Assembly (NCBI RefSeq): GCF_009914755.1
Contig: NC_060925.1
Reading direction: 5' to 3' (one strand)
Length of the DNA stretch: 64,000 bases
Origin: the human T2T-CHM13v2.0 reference genome, Homo sapiens
In this document: positions 11,716 to 24,798 of the stretch, one piece after another
Layout: each line of letters begins with the position of its first letter
Position numbering within the stretch: position 1 is the first letter of the stretch
The notes under the pieces: model-generated
The model's database searches: none
Seen by the model: the letters and a program-made list of their open reading frames with translations, nothing else
What the model was told of the DNA's origin: nothing
Program-made: the position numbers and the translations under genes

Positions 11716-13509
11716 TAATATAGACAGGCCAGCATCTGGGACACTTTCTGTTAATGCTCCTTGAAATTTTAATCAAAACCTATCTCAACAATAAGCATCT
11801 TCAGATAATTAATTTTTAAAACTATCCTTTTAAATACTACTGTGAATTATCAAGGGCTCCTATTTTCTAGCAGATAAATACTTTTATTATAAATATATAA
11901 TGTCTTCTCTTTGACCCTTTAGCCATAGGAGTATTTTAATACCAAGTCCTCAAATCCAGCTCTGAATGTCCTGGCTCTCTTGACAGTAATTTAGGGCAAT
12001 ATGAACAGAGCACTGTTTTAATGCATTTTCTGAAAATGTGTTTCTCTACCTATATCTAAATAAGGCCTGATTTACTGTACTCTATCATGATAGAGAAAGC
12101 ATCTGGCTGAAAGGCCACAGAGCTATTTGTGTTAATGAGCAATTCTCTAATAAAAATCACTTAACTTATTTCTTGAAGACACTACAATCTCTAGGACTGC
12201 TCTCTAAGTTATCTGGAATGAAATTTTGTGTGGTTCCATATATCTATATCTGACATTACATTTAGAGAGGAGAGATTCAAATTCCCCAGCCTCTCCTTCC
12301 AGTCCTCAGTACTGAAGGACTACCCAAGGAAATATGTCGTGAATTAATTTGGAGAAGTCTGTTGGGACAGTACTCATTTTAGAAGTGGGATATGTGCATC
12401 TCTGTATTTATGTGTGTGGTGTGCTTGGGATGAGTGTTAGAGTGAACCCTTACTTTTACTACACAAAACTTAACTGGGAATAATGTCCATATATCTTTCT
12501 TTAGCATAGTACATACTCTACTAAATAAAATATTTAAATAAATTGCAGTTGGTCACTGTGAATCCGTGGACCCTTGTGTATCTTCTTATTCCTGGCATAA
12601 TGTCTCCAATGTATCCTGCACATACCCGACAGTGATAATTTCTTTAGAAATTAGCCTCTTAGTCATATAGTCAATATATGAAGTTACCAGGTCAATAAAA
12701 GACTTATAATTGTTTATAATTATTTTTCTTATTTCTCACCACTACTTAATATCAAGATTATTCCTTTTCTTTCACTTTGTCCTGCCTCTCACCAGTCAAC
12801 TGAAGCTGAGAATTTCAGCCTGAAGCTGACATGACACTACAACTGTGAGAGCCGGATTCACTGTGGTATTTTAAAACATCATTCCCTGTCTTCCTTAGGT
12901 GGCACTCAACTTGGAGGAGTCTTTTTTTTTAACTAGTTTTTGTACATTTTCCTACTTTCTCTAAAATGATAGCAAATTAAGGGCTAATCTATGTTGCTTT
13001 TACTCAGATTTTTTCTTTAAACGCTAACATTTTAAGTCCAGAAGCCTTTTTTTCCCTGAGTTTAAGGAGGAAAAACAGGGCTTTCATGTATTGTGGTGAA
13101 TCATGGTGAGCTGTTGCATATAGAGTCTTAGTGGTATCTTTTTTGGTTGTCTTAATACTCATTATTTGTCTTCTCGTGGCTTTGGACAGATTTCCTTTCA
13201 TTCTTTTCTCTTTATATGCGACATTTCTGTAATTGGAAGAAATAATATGAAGGTCCTTGCTCTTGTAGTCAGCATGTTTGCTACATTATTCTACTGTGTA
13301 TGGATCCATGGTTTGAACCTCCTGCAACTTTTGCTCATTTTTCTGTTGTTTTTTTTTTCTAACAAAGCCACTAATATTAAAACAGAAGAGAAAAAAATTC
13401 CCTCTAACACATGACTAGAATTTGGGATCATTTATTTTGGTTACAGTGCTCATAAATGTGAACTAAAGAATATGCAGGAATATAATATACATGATCAAAG
13501 CAGTATTTG

Positions 13510-13660
13510 TCTTAATTTAGCAAATATGTATTGAGCCTCGACTATGTACCCAAATTTCTCAGTGTTGGAATGTATCAGTGAACAAAATAGACAAAAATTC
13601 CTATCTCTATAGAGTTTTTATTATAATGGAAGTAAGACAAACAGTAAACACAACAGACAA
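13510..13660 (-). mobile_element. L2 3' fragment
   Basis: ATTTAGCAAATATGTATTGAGC...TCAGTGAACAAAATAGACAAAAATTCCT. Confidence 0.65.
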
Positions 13661-13809
13661 GTACATTTTATTACATGTGAATTGTACAAACTCCGTGTCA
13701 CCCTTTCAGATTTCCTTGAATGCCTTTTTTCTTCCTAAAGCACTTTTGCTTCCCATATCTTCTGCTGTCTGGGAACAACAATGTACTTGCCTAGGGATTT
13801 CTGACCTCT

Positions 13810-14172
13810 TTTTATTTTTTAACTTTTATTTTAGGGTCAAGGGAACATACGCAGATTTGTTATATAGATAAACCTGTAATCATGGAGGTTTGGTTTGCAG
13901 ATTATTTAATCAACCAGGTACTAAGCATAGTACTTGATAGTTCTTTTTCCTGATCCTTGCTCTCCTCCTACCTTCCACCATCTAGTAGGCCCTAGTGTCT
14001 GCTGTTCCCTTCTTTGTGTCTATGTGTTCTCATTATGTAGCTCCCACTTATAAGTGAGAACATGTGGTATTTGGTTTTCTGTTTTTTGTATTAGTTTGTT
14101 AAGGAAAAGGACCTCCAGCTCCATCCATATTTCTGCAAAGGACAGGATCTCATACTTTTCATGGCTGCATAG
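13810..14172 (-). mobile_element. L1PA13-16-like 3' end, 5'-truncated
   Basis: T-rich tail, CCAGGTACTAAGCATAGTAC, CTCCCACTTATAAGTGAGAACATG; CTGACCT at both flanks (eroded TSD). Confidence 0.85.
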
Positions 14173-14344
14173 GAGACCGCTGACCTGTCCTTTTTAAGGG
14201 TTATCACTACCATAGCTGAAACCCAGTGTTTCTAATTCCTTCACAACTTAAGGACTTTAATAAAATGTATACTACCCCAAGTGTCCACCAAAAGGGGCAA
14301 ATCATTCAACACTGTCTCTAGTTTCTTCATTTCTTTTAAAAAGT

Positions 14345-14772
14345 ACTTTTTTGAACAGTTAAGTCTGTCCAGACACTGTTCTAGTTCCTTAGGCTACATG
14401 AGTGTACCAAGATCTGTGCCCTCATGGAGCTAACAATCTAGGAGTAGTAAGAGAACCAATGATAAGCATTTTAGAAGGTGATAAGTGAGACAGTAAAAAT
14501 AAAAAGTACATAGGAAAAGGGAGATTAAGAGAGCTGAGTGTGGAATGGTTGCAGTTTTAAAAGAGGAAGTTAGTGTAGGTTTCACTGAGGAAGAGGCATT
14601 TGAGAAAAGACATGGAGGGGGGTTGAAGAATAGTAATGAAGGAAGAATAATAAGGAATGAAGGCTAAGAGGTAATTAGTATCACCTCATGTAGGATAGCT
14701 TAAGCATCTTGTCTTTTACTCTAAGTGAAATGGGGAGCTGTTGCAAAATTTGGGGCAAAGGAATGACATGGT
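14345..14772 (-). mobile_element. L2 fragment
   Basis: CCAGACACTGTTCTAG...TGCCCTCATGGAGCTAACAATCTAG...TTTTACTCTAAGTGAAATGGGGAGC. Confidence 0.65.
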
Positions 14773-15726
14773 ATGTGTGTGTGTGTCCAAATACATACAT
14801 GCAATTGATACATAAATCTGCTGAACATGTAATTCACATTTCCCTGAGCTAAAACCTCAGTCCTTCCCCTTTTATCTATGTCACTTAGATTTCAAAAATT
14901 ATTGGAAGTAAGATAGATAGGAATTCACACATGCAAATTGTTCCACTGTTTCTGCTACTGCTCTTGCTGGTTGTCTTATTTTCACTGTTCACAATTCCAC
15001 ATCAATGCTACCTATATTGATAGACAACTGGGTTGGCTGCTCTACTCCTTTTAGTTACCCATCAGAGGCAAGGACATATCTCAGTGGCTGAGATTATTAA
15101 GACATCTGCCTGTGCTATTTTAATTTTAAATAACTAATAAGCTATGCATCTGATATTACACTTGAGCTGCCTGTGTATCGGTGTAGCACTGCCCTGGACT
15201 TCAAAATATTTTCTCTGGCCAATTCAGGACACAATATCCTTTTTTCAAGCCTGTTCTTTGGAAGACGAGTTCTCATTATAGTTGCATGGTAACACCAATC
15301 CCTGGTAACACCAGAGTAAATGGTCAGTGCCATAAGGCTATGTCTGGGCAGTTTAACTGCAGTCTCATGCTGTACCAAACATCATGCACTTTGACCATCA
15401 ATCAGGTCCTGCAACTGATTACCTCAGGTGACTCCTTTACAACCTCTAGCCATCTAACATGATGCCACATTCATTTTTCTCCCCTAAAATCTAGCATGTA
15501 TCAAAGTTTTCAGTATATCATACATATAAGGAGTCCCAGTATAGATGGATTTCATGGGCATTGCAATGTACTTCTTAGAATGCATGTAAAAGTTGACAGT
15601 GGATGAAAATACCCAACATGTGACTATTTAATATAGCAGCTGACACATCCAAATAATCCAGTCATTACACTTGTTACAATAAAAAATGCTGTTCAAGATA
15701 GAAATTATTCACCTTAAAATATAATG

Positions 15727-16039
<313 letters not shown>

Positions 16040-16653
16040 TCAAACCCAAGATGTACTGAAGTAGATATGATGTGACTATAGCTTAGGAATGACATGGAGG
16101 AAATTTCTGAATTTATTAGAAATGTCTGCTACCAAACAGAAGTCTCCATTAGTGTTTACATTTAAAAAATATATAATTGGCTATAAAACCTGTGATATCT
16201 CAAGGTCCAGGAGGTCTAAAACTTAGAGGTCAAGGTACAGATGGCCAGCAGCAGAACAAACATTAAGGAAGGAAAAAAGAATGACTTGTCATTTTCCCAC
16301 CTGGAAACTAAGGGCTAGAACATGGCTATAGTGGGGCCAGATCTCAGTAAGGAAGTCAGGATCTCAAAGATCAGACATAACAGGAATTCAGTCATGGTAA
16401 TGAGCAGGAAGGAGTCTAAAGGGGAAACTAATCATATGGTACCAGAGTCAAGGACACTGCCATATTAATACAATTTTCTGCCCCAATAACTTCTCTTTGA
16501 CTCTTTGTTTTAGAGAAGAAAATTGTCTTAGGTCACAGCTGTCCTAGAGCATACAAGTGAGTATAGAAACAGGTGAATGTATGAACACGACTAGTTAGGA
16601 TATAGAGATAGCAAAACTAAGGACACATATGAAAGGTAACTGTCAGTTCTGGG

Positions 16654-16695
16654 CTCTCTCTCTCTCTCTCTCTGTCAGACACACACACACACACA
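16654..16695. repeat. (CT)n-(CA)n compound microsatellite
   Basis: Seen directly. Confidence 0.9.
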
Positions 16696-18633
16696 TATTT
16701 CCACATTGTTAAATAAAACTACATAGCATCATTATTCAGTCGGAAAACTCCCGGATGAGAATGTATTTTGTGCACATTCTCAAATTTAGTATTTTGGCCT
16801 TGATTATTTTGGCAGTTCTGTAGAACTATACCTGCATTGACATGACTATTTAACTATTAATAAGCATATGTCAAAATCTTGAAAACATACTGCAAGTTAT
16901 AAATCATCCTTAAAACATTTGAGGATTTTTCCTGAGCTTAATGCAACACAGATTTGAATAGTACAATGCTATAATCCCGAACCAGAACTGAAAGCCATTA
17001 GAATCAAGAATGGATTTGAAATTTTGCAATTTGTTTATAGGGTAGTTTATTATTTTAACTTCTTTTCATGATGATAAGGAGGATACATAAACTTATCTGC
17101 AGGAAACAGGCTGCTTATTTCAAAATTCCTTCTCACATCCCACAGTGCAATCATCTAAAGCCAAGATGCAGTTACGCAGAACACAGATGAAGTTTCGCTT
17201 CATATTACAAATGCATTCACTTAAACATGTTATGCAGGAGACCACTGGAAGATAAAACTATTATCTTTCTCACTATGAACATTGAAATTTTATTTTTTTC
17301 ATTTAACTCTTGATAGAATAATATGAAATTCAATTGTGACAAAGGAATTGTGATGACATTTTCAACCTATTTTTTATGTACTATTAATCTGTAACAGGTG
17401 TGTTTTGAAAAGTGAACTCAAGGTCAGAACACTTAGGGTGGGGAAATAGACAGGAGTGAGGAGAATTAGAAGCAGTCAATTTTACTATCTAGTGGAGCCA
17501 ACTGAGTTAAACTGTAAGTAAAGAAATCCAGGAGCTTTAGCCTTTGAAAGACTTTTTAAGAAGATGCTATACAAAATGCATAAAACATTGAAAAGGCAGA
17601 AGTAAAAGTGAAAAAAGTGTTCCTCATGGGGCAAGGAGATAGCTCTTATCTTCGTTATTTCTTTCCTGATGACCCCAAGTTAGACTATTCAAGTAAAGGC
17701 TTGTATTGATTTGTTTAACTTTCAGAAGTTAACATCTGGGCATAAGACCAAAATTGAAATGAAAAAAGTGGCACTTAAAGTTCTCAGGTAAAATAAGAGG
17801 GAAAAAGTATAACATGAGCTGATGTATCTGCTGCTCTTTGAAAAATTTCCCAGTAAAAGAAACACAGATACAAAGATAAAGACATATTTTTAAAAATTGA
17901 TGTTTTAAGATTCACCATAGATTTGTTATCTCAGGCTTTGTCTTTACTAATTTTTCAAATTGAAGGCTTTACATTATCCAGATTGAGTTTAGTACTCTAT
18001 TATGTATATAGCAGATTGGGATAAATAATTGCTAAAATAATTGTTCCAGGAACCTATACTCTATCACCTAACATACAATAAGCATATGAAACATATTGTT
18101 GAGTGAATGAATGAGAATGAGAATGAGGAGAATAAATGAGAATGTTAGAACATTTTCAAATTAGAGAGGGAGAGAAGAGTAAAAATTAAGAGGGATATGT
18201 CCATATCTATATACAGGTATATATGTCTACATCCACCTCAGTTTTATGGGTATATGTGTCTCTGTGAGCTAGTTTATTTACACTATGTGGTTACATATAC
18301 AGTGGATGGGGCTGGAATGTGAAAAGTAGATATTGTGTTCTTGTTAAATAATACTTGAGCTATAACTATATGTATATGTTTACTATCATACATTTCCCTC
18401 TTCATTCATCAAATAACATTCTTAGATTAAGAGTTTACACCTTCCATTCATTCATTCACTCATGAGAATCTGGTGTCACCATCATCCTTCACTCAACACA
18501 GTCTAGCTACAGACAGCAATGGCCTCCAAAACACAGATTTAACTAATGTACCTTCTTCTTGATTTTTCTTGATTTCTCTTTTGTGTGAGACATGGACTAC
18601 TCCTTGCTTTTGAGTTAGTCTTTTCTATCATGT

Positions 18634-20100
18634 TTGAGAGGTGACAGCGTGCTGGCAGTCCTCACAGCCCTCGCTCGCTCTCGGCACCTCCTCTGCCTGG
18701 GCTCCCACTTTGGCGGCACTTGAGGAGCCCTTCAGCCCACCGCTGCACTGTGGGAGGCTGGGCTGGCGAAGGCCGGAGCCAGCTCCCTCAGCTTGCAGGG
18801 AGGTGTGGAGGGAGAGGCACGAGCGGGAACCTGGGCTGCGCGCGGCGCTTGCGGGCCAGCCAGAGTTCCGGGTGGGCGTGGGCTTGGCGGGCCCTGCACT
18901 CAGAGCAGCCGGCCGGCCCTGCCGGCCCCAGGCAATGAGGGGCTTAGTACACGGGCCAGCGGCTGCGGAGGGTGTACTGGGTCCCCCAGCAGTGCCAGCC
19001 CACCTGCGCTGCGCTGGATTTCTCACCAAGCCTTAGCTGCCTTCCCGCGGGGCAGGGCTCGGGACCTACAGCCAGCCATGCCTGAGCCTCCCACCCACTC
19101 CATGGGCTCCTGTGCAGCCCGAGCCTCCCCAATGAGCGCCTCCCCCTGCTCCACGGCGCCCAGTCCCATCGACCACCCAAGGGCTGAGGAGTGCAGGCGC
19201 ATGGTGCGGGACTGGCAGGCAGCTCCACCTGCAGCCCCCGTGCGGGATCCACTGGGTGAAGCCAGCTGGGCTCCTGAGTCTGGTGGGGACGTGGAGAACC
19301 TTTATGTCTAACTCAGGGATTGTAAATACACCAATCAGCACCCTGTGTCTAGCTCAGGGTTTGTGAATGCACCAATGGACACTCTGTATCTAGCTTCTCT
19401 AGTGGGGCCTTGGAGAACCTTTATGTCTAGCTCAGGGATTGTAAATACACCAATCGGCACTCTGTATCTAGCTCAAGGTTTGTAAACACACCAATCAGCA
19501 CCCTGTGTCTATCTCAGGGTTTGTGAATGCACCAATCCACACTCTGTATCTAGCTGCTCTGGTGGGGACTTGGAGAACCTTTGTGTTGACACTCTATCTA
19601 TCTAATATAGTGGGGACTCTGTATCTATCTAATATAGTGGGGACATGGAGAACCTTTGTGTCTAGCTCAGGGATTGTAAACGCACCAATCAGCACCCTGT
19701 CAAAACAGACCACTGGGCTCTACCAATCAGCAGGATGTGGGTGGGGCCAGATAAGAGAATAAAAGCAGGTTGCCCCAGCCAGCAGTGGCAACCTGCTCAG
19801 GTCCCTTTCCACACTTTGGAAGCTTTGTTCTTTCACTCTTTGCAATAAATTTTGCTACTGCTCACTCTTTGGGTCCACACTGCCTTTATGAGTTGTAACA
19901 CTCACCGCGAAGGTCTGCAGCTTCACTCCTGAGCCAGCGAGATCACGAACCCATCAGAAGGAAGAAACTCCTAACACATCCGAACATCAGAAGGAACAAA
20001 CTCCAGACACGCCACCTTAAGAGTTGTAACACTCACTCCGAGGATCCGCGGCTTCATTCTTGAAGTCAGTGAGACCAAGAACCCACCAATTCCAGACACA
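18634..20100 (+). mobile_element. LTR12C (ERV9) full-length solo LTR
   Basis: Starts TGAGAGGTGACAGCGTGCTGGCAGTCC and ends CCAATTCCAGACACA; 4-bp TSD ATGT; GC/CpG-rich 5' half and CCAAT tandem repeats. Confidence 0.97.
19300..19800 (+). promoter_or_regulatory. LTR12C U3 enhancer/promoter: NF-Y CCAAT repeat array and AATAAAA TATA-like box
   Basis: Seven CCAAT boxes counted between 19331 and 19727; GATA motifs (TATC); GAATAAAAGC at ~19757; activity in this copy unproven. Confidence 0.65.
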
Positions 20101-20299
20101 ATGTCACTGGATTTTCATCCATGATGTCCCTTTATATTTGATTCCATGACTGGTCTTTATTATCAGAGATCATTTTCTCTTGCTTTATGTGCCACTTTGG
20201 TAGATTCATCTGTAATCATAGTTTAACCCGCCGTGAGAACACTCATGAATCTCAAAGCTCTCGCTATATCCAAGGGTCATAGTAAATTGTCTGCTTAGT

Positions 20300-21300
20300 A
20301 CTTCTAATAGATTATCTCAAAATCACTTCACATTTAACAGGTTCAAATGTAAACTTATCATTTTCTCTTTCATGTTTGATTTTCATCTTATTTCTCTGCC
20401 TTAAATGATAGTATCATCATCTAATCATTCACCAAACCATACCAGTTATCATGGTATCTTAACTACTTCTCACCCACCCACCACTTTTAGTTAATGTCCA
20501 ATCCAGTCACTTTTATCAGTCCTCATGACCCTGTCCTGCATAGTCCAGACCCTCTTTGTCTCACCTTGGTAGTTGCCACAGTCTCCTCTCTGGTCCAGGT
20601 CTTCTGTCTATCTCGGAATCACTTTGAACATGTGTCACTATGTTACTGCTAATCACAATGCAGACCAAATCGTACCTCTCTTTTAAATTCTTTAATAACT
20701 CCAGATTTATTTTAACTAAGATAAAATCCAAGTCTTTACCAAGGTATATAAAACTCTCAATGAGCCGGCACTTTTGTGGTATAATTTTTTCTAATTACTT
20801 ACCCTCAGATGCTATTTACACTCCAGCAATATGAAACTACATGAAGTTATTTAAGTATAATTGTCGTATCATATCTCTGTGCCCTTAAACATGATACTTC
20901 ATCTGCTTATAATATAATGTTCTTTCTTTTTCACCTTGCTGTATCCTATTTGTCTTTTAATATTCAGTTCAGATGTCACATATTGTGTGAATCTTGCACT
21001 AAATTCATTCCAATCCCCCGCCATAATACTTTACTAAATGCATTTCAATCCTCTGTCATAATCCTTCTCTGAGATGGAGTCAAGTGTACTTCCAAGGTAT
21101 TCCAGTACAATCTGTATCTCTATCAGATACTTTTTATATTACATGGATATTATCTCCTCATAATTCTCTTCATCCATTAAGAAAGTTTGCTTGTAGAAAA
21201 TAGCGAATAATAAAATGTTATATACCTAGTTAACCAGTTTTATAAACCTAGTACTCTGTCTGATACATAATAGATAATCAAACAATTATTTTAATTTGAT
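20300..21300 (+). mobile_element. L2 fragments
   Basis: CACATTTAACAGGTTCAAATGTAAACTTATCATTTT, ATAAAATCCAAGTCTTTACC, TTCAGTTCAGATGTCAC; boundaries approximate. Confidence 0.6.
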
Positions 21301-21399
21301 TGAATTATACTGCACAATATCAAAGAAACCAAGGGGGTAGGGAGAAAATTTCTAGGTGTGATGTATTGTGATTAACTCACAAATATTGAGAGATGTGTT

Positions 21400-21585
21400 G
21401 CTGTATAATGGCTAAGCATACAGATAAGATGTTCAGACTGACTTTGGCTTGAGTCCTAGTTCTAGCACGTGCTTTGTGAATGGAGAAAATTATACCATAG
21501 CTCTAAGAGTTTAGTCATCTCATCCTTAAACTAATAATAATAATAATGACAAAAATACCTACCTTACAAAGAGAGGTGAGTTGAG
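21400..21585 (+). mobile_element. MIR
   Basis: GGCTTGAGTCCTAGTTCTAGCAC...CTCATCCTTAAA...ATACCTACCTTACA. Confidence 0.6.
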
Positions 21586-21614
21586 ATATTTTCTTTTTTT
21601 ATTGATTGAGAGCA

Positions 21615-22490
21615 TTTTTTGAGGCCTCTTTTAAGAAAAAGAATACAAAAATACAACTATAAAGTTGAAAAAATAAATCATATCAAATTATAAATTCTAA
21701 AAGCTTGATAGACATGTTATTACATCTCAGAAAGGTAACAAAATTTTTAAAATTTACTGTCTCACATACCTCTGTATTATTTTTATTAGTTCTTAATATA
21801 ACCAGTAGTTTGTATGTTTTATATGGAGACAATAGAAAGGCAATTTAGTCTTCCTTCTGAAATAGCTTATTGAAATTTTTTATTGTCAATGATTTAAATT
21901 TTTTAAATTCACAACTTTTACTCAGTAATATGAAAATTACTGGTATTATCAAACATAGGAAACCCTTATTAAGTTTGTATATGATCTGTAGGATTTGGGA
22001 GAATTTTCCACAAACCACCATCAGGCTTCCTACATTTCTAATCTGGCTTCTCCTCCACTACCTCATATACCCAGTGTCCAATATCATAGGACACACTAAT
22101 GTTATAACTCCTGCTCCGTGGTCTTTCTGTCATGCTGCTGCGTAACTTGGTACAGGGGGCAGTAGGAATATTTCTAGAAGCCATCTCTGCTCTGGATTAG
22201 TTAGCTAACAATATCTTGTCCACATAAATGCAAATCAAATGCTTCCCCAACTCACCCAACTCAATTTCCATTTATCTAGATCACCAGGATGCCCAGAACT
22301 CTCTATTGCCTCCAGACAAATAGGCTAACTTTAACAGATGATAATTGGGGTTGGAAAGAATGAATGGTCTTATCAGATGGCAGTTAAAATCTAATTATGC
22401 AAAACTAACCAACTGTATGACTACATAACATAGTGTAAGGACCCCGCTTGTGCTGAGAAAGAACTTGTGCAAATGAGAGGCCCAGAAAGA
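21615..22490. mobile_element. Possible old hAT (Tip100/Arthur-like) DNA transposon remnant
   Basis: GGCCTCTTTTAAGAAAAAGAATACAAAA and TGTGCAAATGAGAGGCCC motifs recalled from hAT-Tip100 elements; not aligned. Confidence 0.3.
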
Positions 22491-23057
22491 AAGACTCATA
22501 GTAAGGGTTGCTGGTATGATCAAATTTAGATAATAAAAATAAAGCACTAAAAATAGTGCTCTGTCCACTGTACATGTACAATAAATATTCATTTTCTATA
22601 AATTATTAAGAAAGAATAGACACATTTGGATCAACAAGCTAATTTAAGTCTCCCAAAGAGAACTATTCACATTAATGGTATTATGTGTTTATGTGTTGAT
22701 ACATCCCATGGAGGTCATGAATAGCAGGCATAAAAGCACATATAGTTTAGAATATCCATTTGAAGAATTTAAAGACATATATTTGTATAAATGAACACAT
22801 ATTTCAATTTATTAAAATATAATAAAATATTCCACTATAAAGCAGACTACAATATCAGTATTTTTTCAAGGTCTCAGAGAAAGCTTCATTTTTATCTGGA
22901 GACTTCTTGATAATCATGGAATCAGGGTGAGATACTTTGATGATGTTACTAGCTACTCCAATATATTTTTTAAAATCTGATGCATCTATATCTACTTTGA
23001 GTATATATGAATGTATCTGGCGCCCAGTTAGGGCAAAAGATTTCTCTGGATTGTCAA

Positions 23058-23461
23058 TGTTATGGTTTGGATTTGTGTCCCTGCCCAAAGCAAAGCTCAT
23101 GTTGAATTGTAATCCCCAGTGTTGGAGGAGGTGCCTGGTGGGAGGTGATTGGATCATGTGGGTGGATTTTCCCCTTGCTGTTCTCATGATAGTGAGTGCT
23201 CATGAGATCTGATTGTTTAAAAGTGTGTAGCACCTCCCCCTTCTCTTTCTGCCTCCTTCTCTGGCCATGTAAGAGGTGCCTACTTCCCCTTCGCTTTTCG
23301 TCATAGTTGTAAGTCTCTTGAGGCCTGCCCAGTGATGCTTCCTGTATAGCTTGTATAACTGTGAGTCAATTAAACCTCTTTTTAAAATAAAATAAAATAA
23401 AATAAAATAAATTACCCAGCTCAGATATTTCTTTATAGCAGTGTGAAAATGGACTAATACA
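23058..23461 (+). mobile_element. MSTA MaLR solo LTR with internal (AAAAT)n
   Basis: TGTTATGGTTTGG...GGACTAATACA; TSD GTCAA/GTTAA. Confidence 0.9.
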
Positions 23462-24154
23462 GTTAATAAGGGCATTTCTTTACTGAGGAATTCTAGGAAT
23501 CTTTCTCAATTCCATCTGTCTATGCAGTCAGGACATTTTACAATAGGTGTCAGTGAATAAGAAATTAAACAGCTATAAAGGGAAAGGGAATGCATTGAAT
23601 CTAAGGTTTCTGAGAAGCAAAAAGTAATGTTACCCACAACAGAGCACTAGTTCAGAGTGATCGAGTGATATTCTCCAGTACTTTTCCTTGAGATGAAACA
23701 TAAGTGAAGATTTTTTAGTCTTTTCAATTCATTTTGCCTCCACACTAGATTGATAGTCTGGGTAGTTACCGAAATCTAGGTTGAAAGTCATTTTCTTGAA
23801 GGTATTATTCTAGTAGGTGCTAGTAACCAGTGTTGTTGGAAAAAAAGCTTACTGTCATTATGATTCTCATTACTATATGTGTATATGTGTACATATGTTT
23901 TTATTTTGTTTTTCTACCTTTAGGCTGTTATATCTTGTGTCCTGAAGTACAAAAAAGTGTGTAATTGTGGGTCTTTTTTCATTCATTCTCCTATTATCAA
24001 GCTGGAAACTCCTTTATTCAGAATAATCCAAAATTTTGTATTTTTTTTAAAATCCTGTCTTCACTGTCTGCAGTTACTACCAGAGAAATGATGGATTCTC
24101 TAGATTAATGCTTTGTGTATTTTTTTCTAATAATTTTAATTCCTTTCATTTTTG

Positions 24155-24307
24155 TTCTATGCTTCTGTTTCTGTATTTCCTAACCCAGCTTTATATACAT
24201 ATTTTAAAAACCAGCCATCATGTTTTTAATTTGTTTTACCATTTCATGTCCCTTTGTACATCATTTGCCATTGTTATTTTTAATAAATGTAAGTATTCTT
24301 GTATTAT
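24155..24307 (+). repeat. Direct duplication copy 1 (copy 2 at 29952-30107)
   Basis: Hand alignment gives ~85% identity over ~153 bp. Confidence 0.9.
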
Positions 24308-24676
24308 ATATTCTTGTATTGTGTTTTAAATTTTTTTTCATAGGTTATTGGGGAACGGTGGTGTTGGTTATATGAGTACATTCTTTAGTGGTGATTTGTG
24401 AAATGTTGGTGTGCCCATCACCTGAGTAGTATAGGCTGCACCGTATTTATAGTCTTGTATCCCTCACCTCCTTCCCACCCTTTCTCCCTGAGACCCCCAA
24501 AGTCGATTGTGTCGTTTTTATGCCTTTGCATCCTTATACCTTAGCTCCCACTTATGAGTGAGGACATACAATGTTTGGTTTTCCATTCCTGAGTTACTTC
24601 ACTTAGAATAATAATCTACAGTCTCATCCAGGTTCCTGCCTGGATTCATTCTCTTTATGGCTGAGTAGTATTCCTT

Positions 24677-24798
24677 CATATATATATACATATATATATA
24701 TATATACACACACATATATATATATACACATATATATACACATATATATATACATATATATACACATATATATATATGTGTATATATATATATATATA
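24677..24798. repeat. (TA)n/(TACA)n microsatellite in L1 3' region
   Basis: ~120 bp of alternating purine-pyrimidine. Confidence 0.95.

Noticed and set aside
19310-19730. Regularly repeated ~40-bp units resembling a CRISPR-like array
   Set aside because: Known LTR12 U3 tandem enhancer repeats, with no unique spacers; eukaryotic context
18628-19762. Cluster of overlapping 72-172 aa ORFs on both strands
   Set aside because: All lie within GC-rich LTR12C, where stop codons are rare; no domain resemblance
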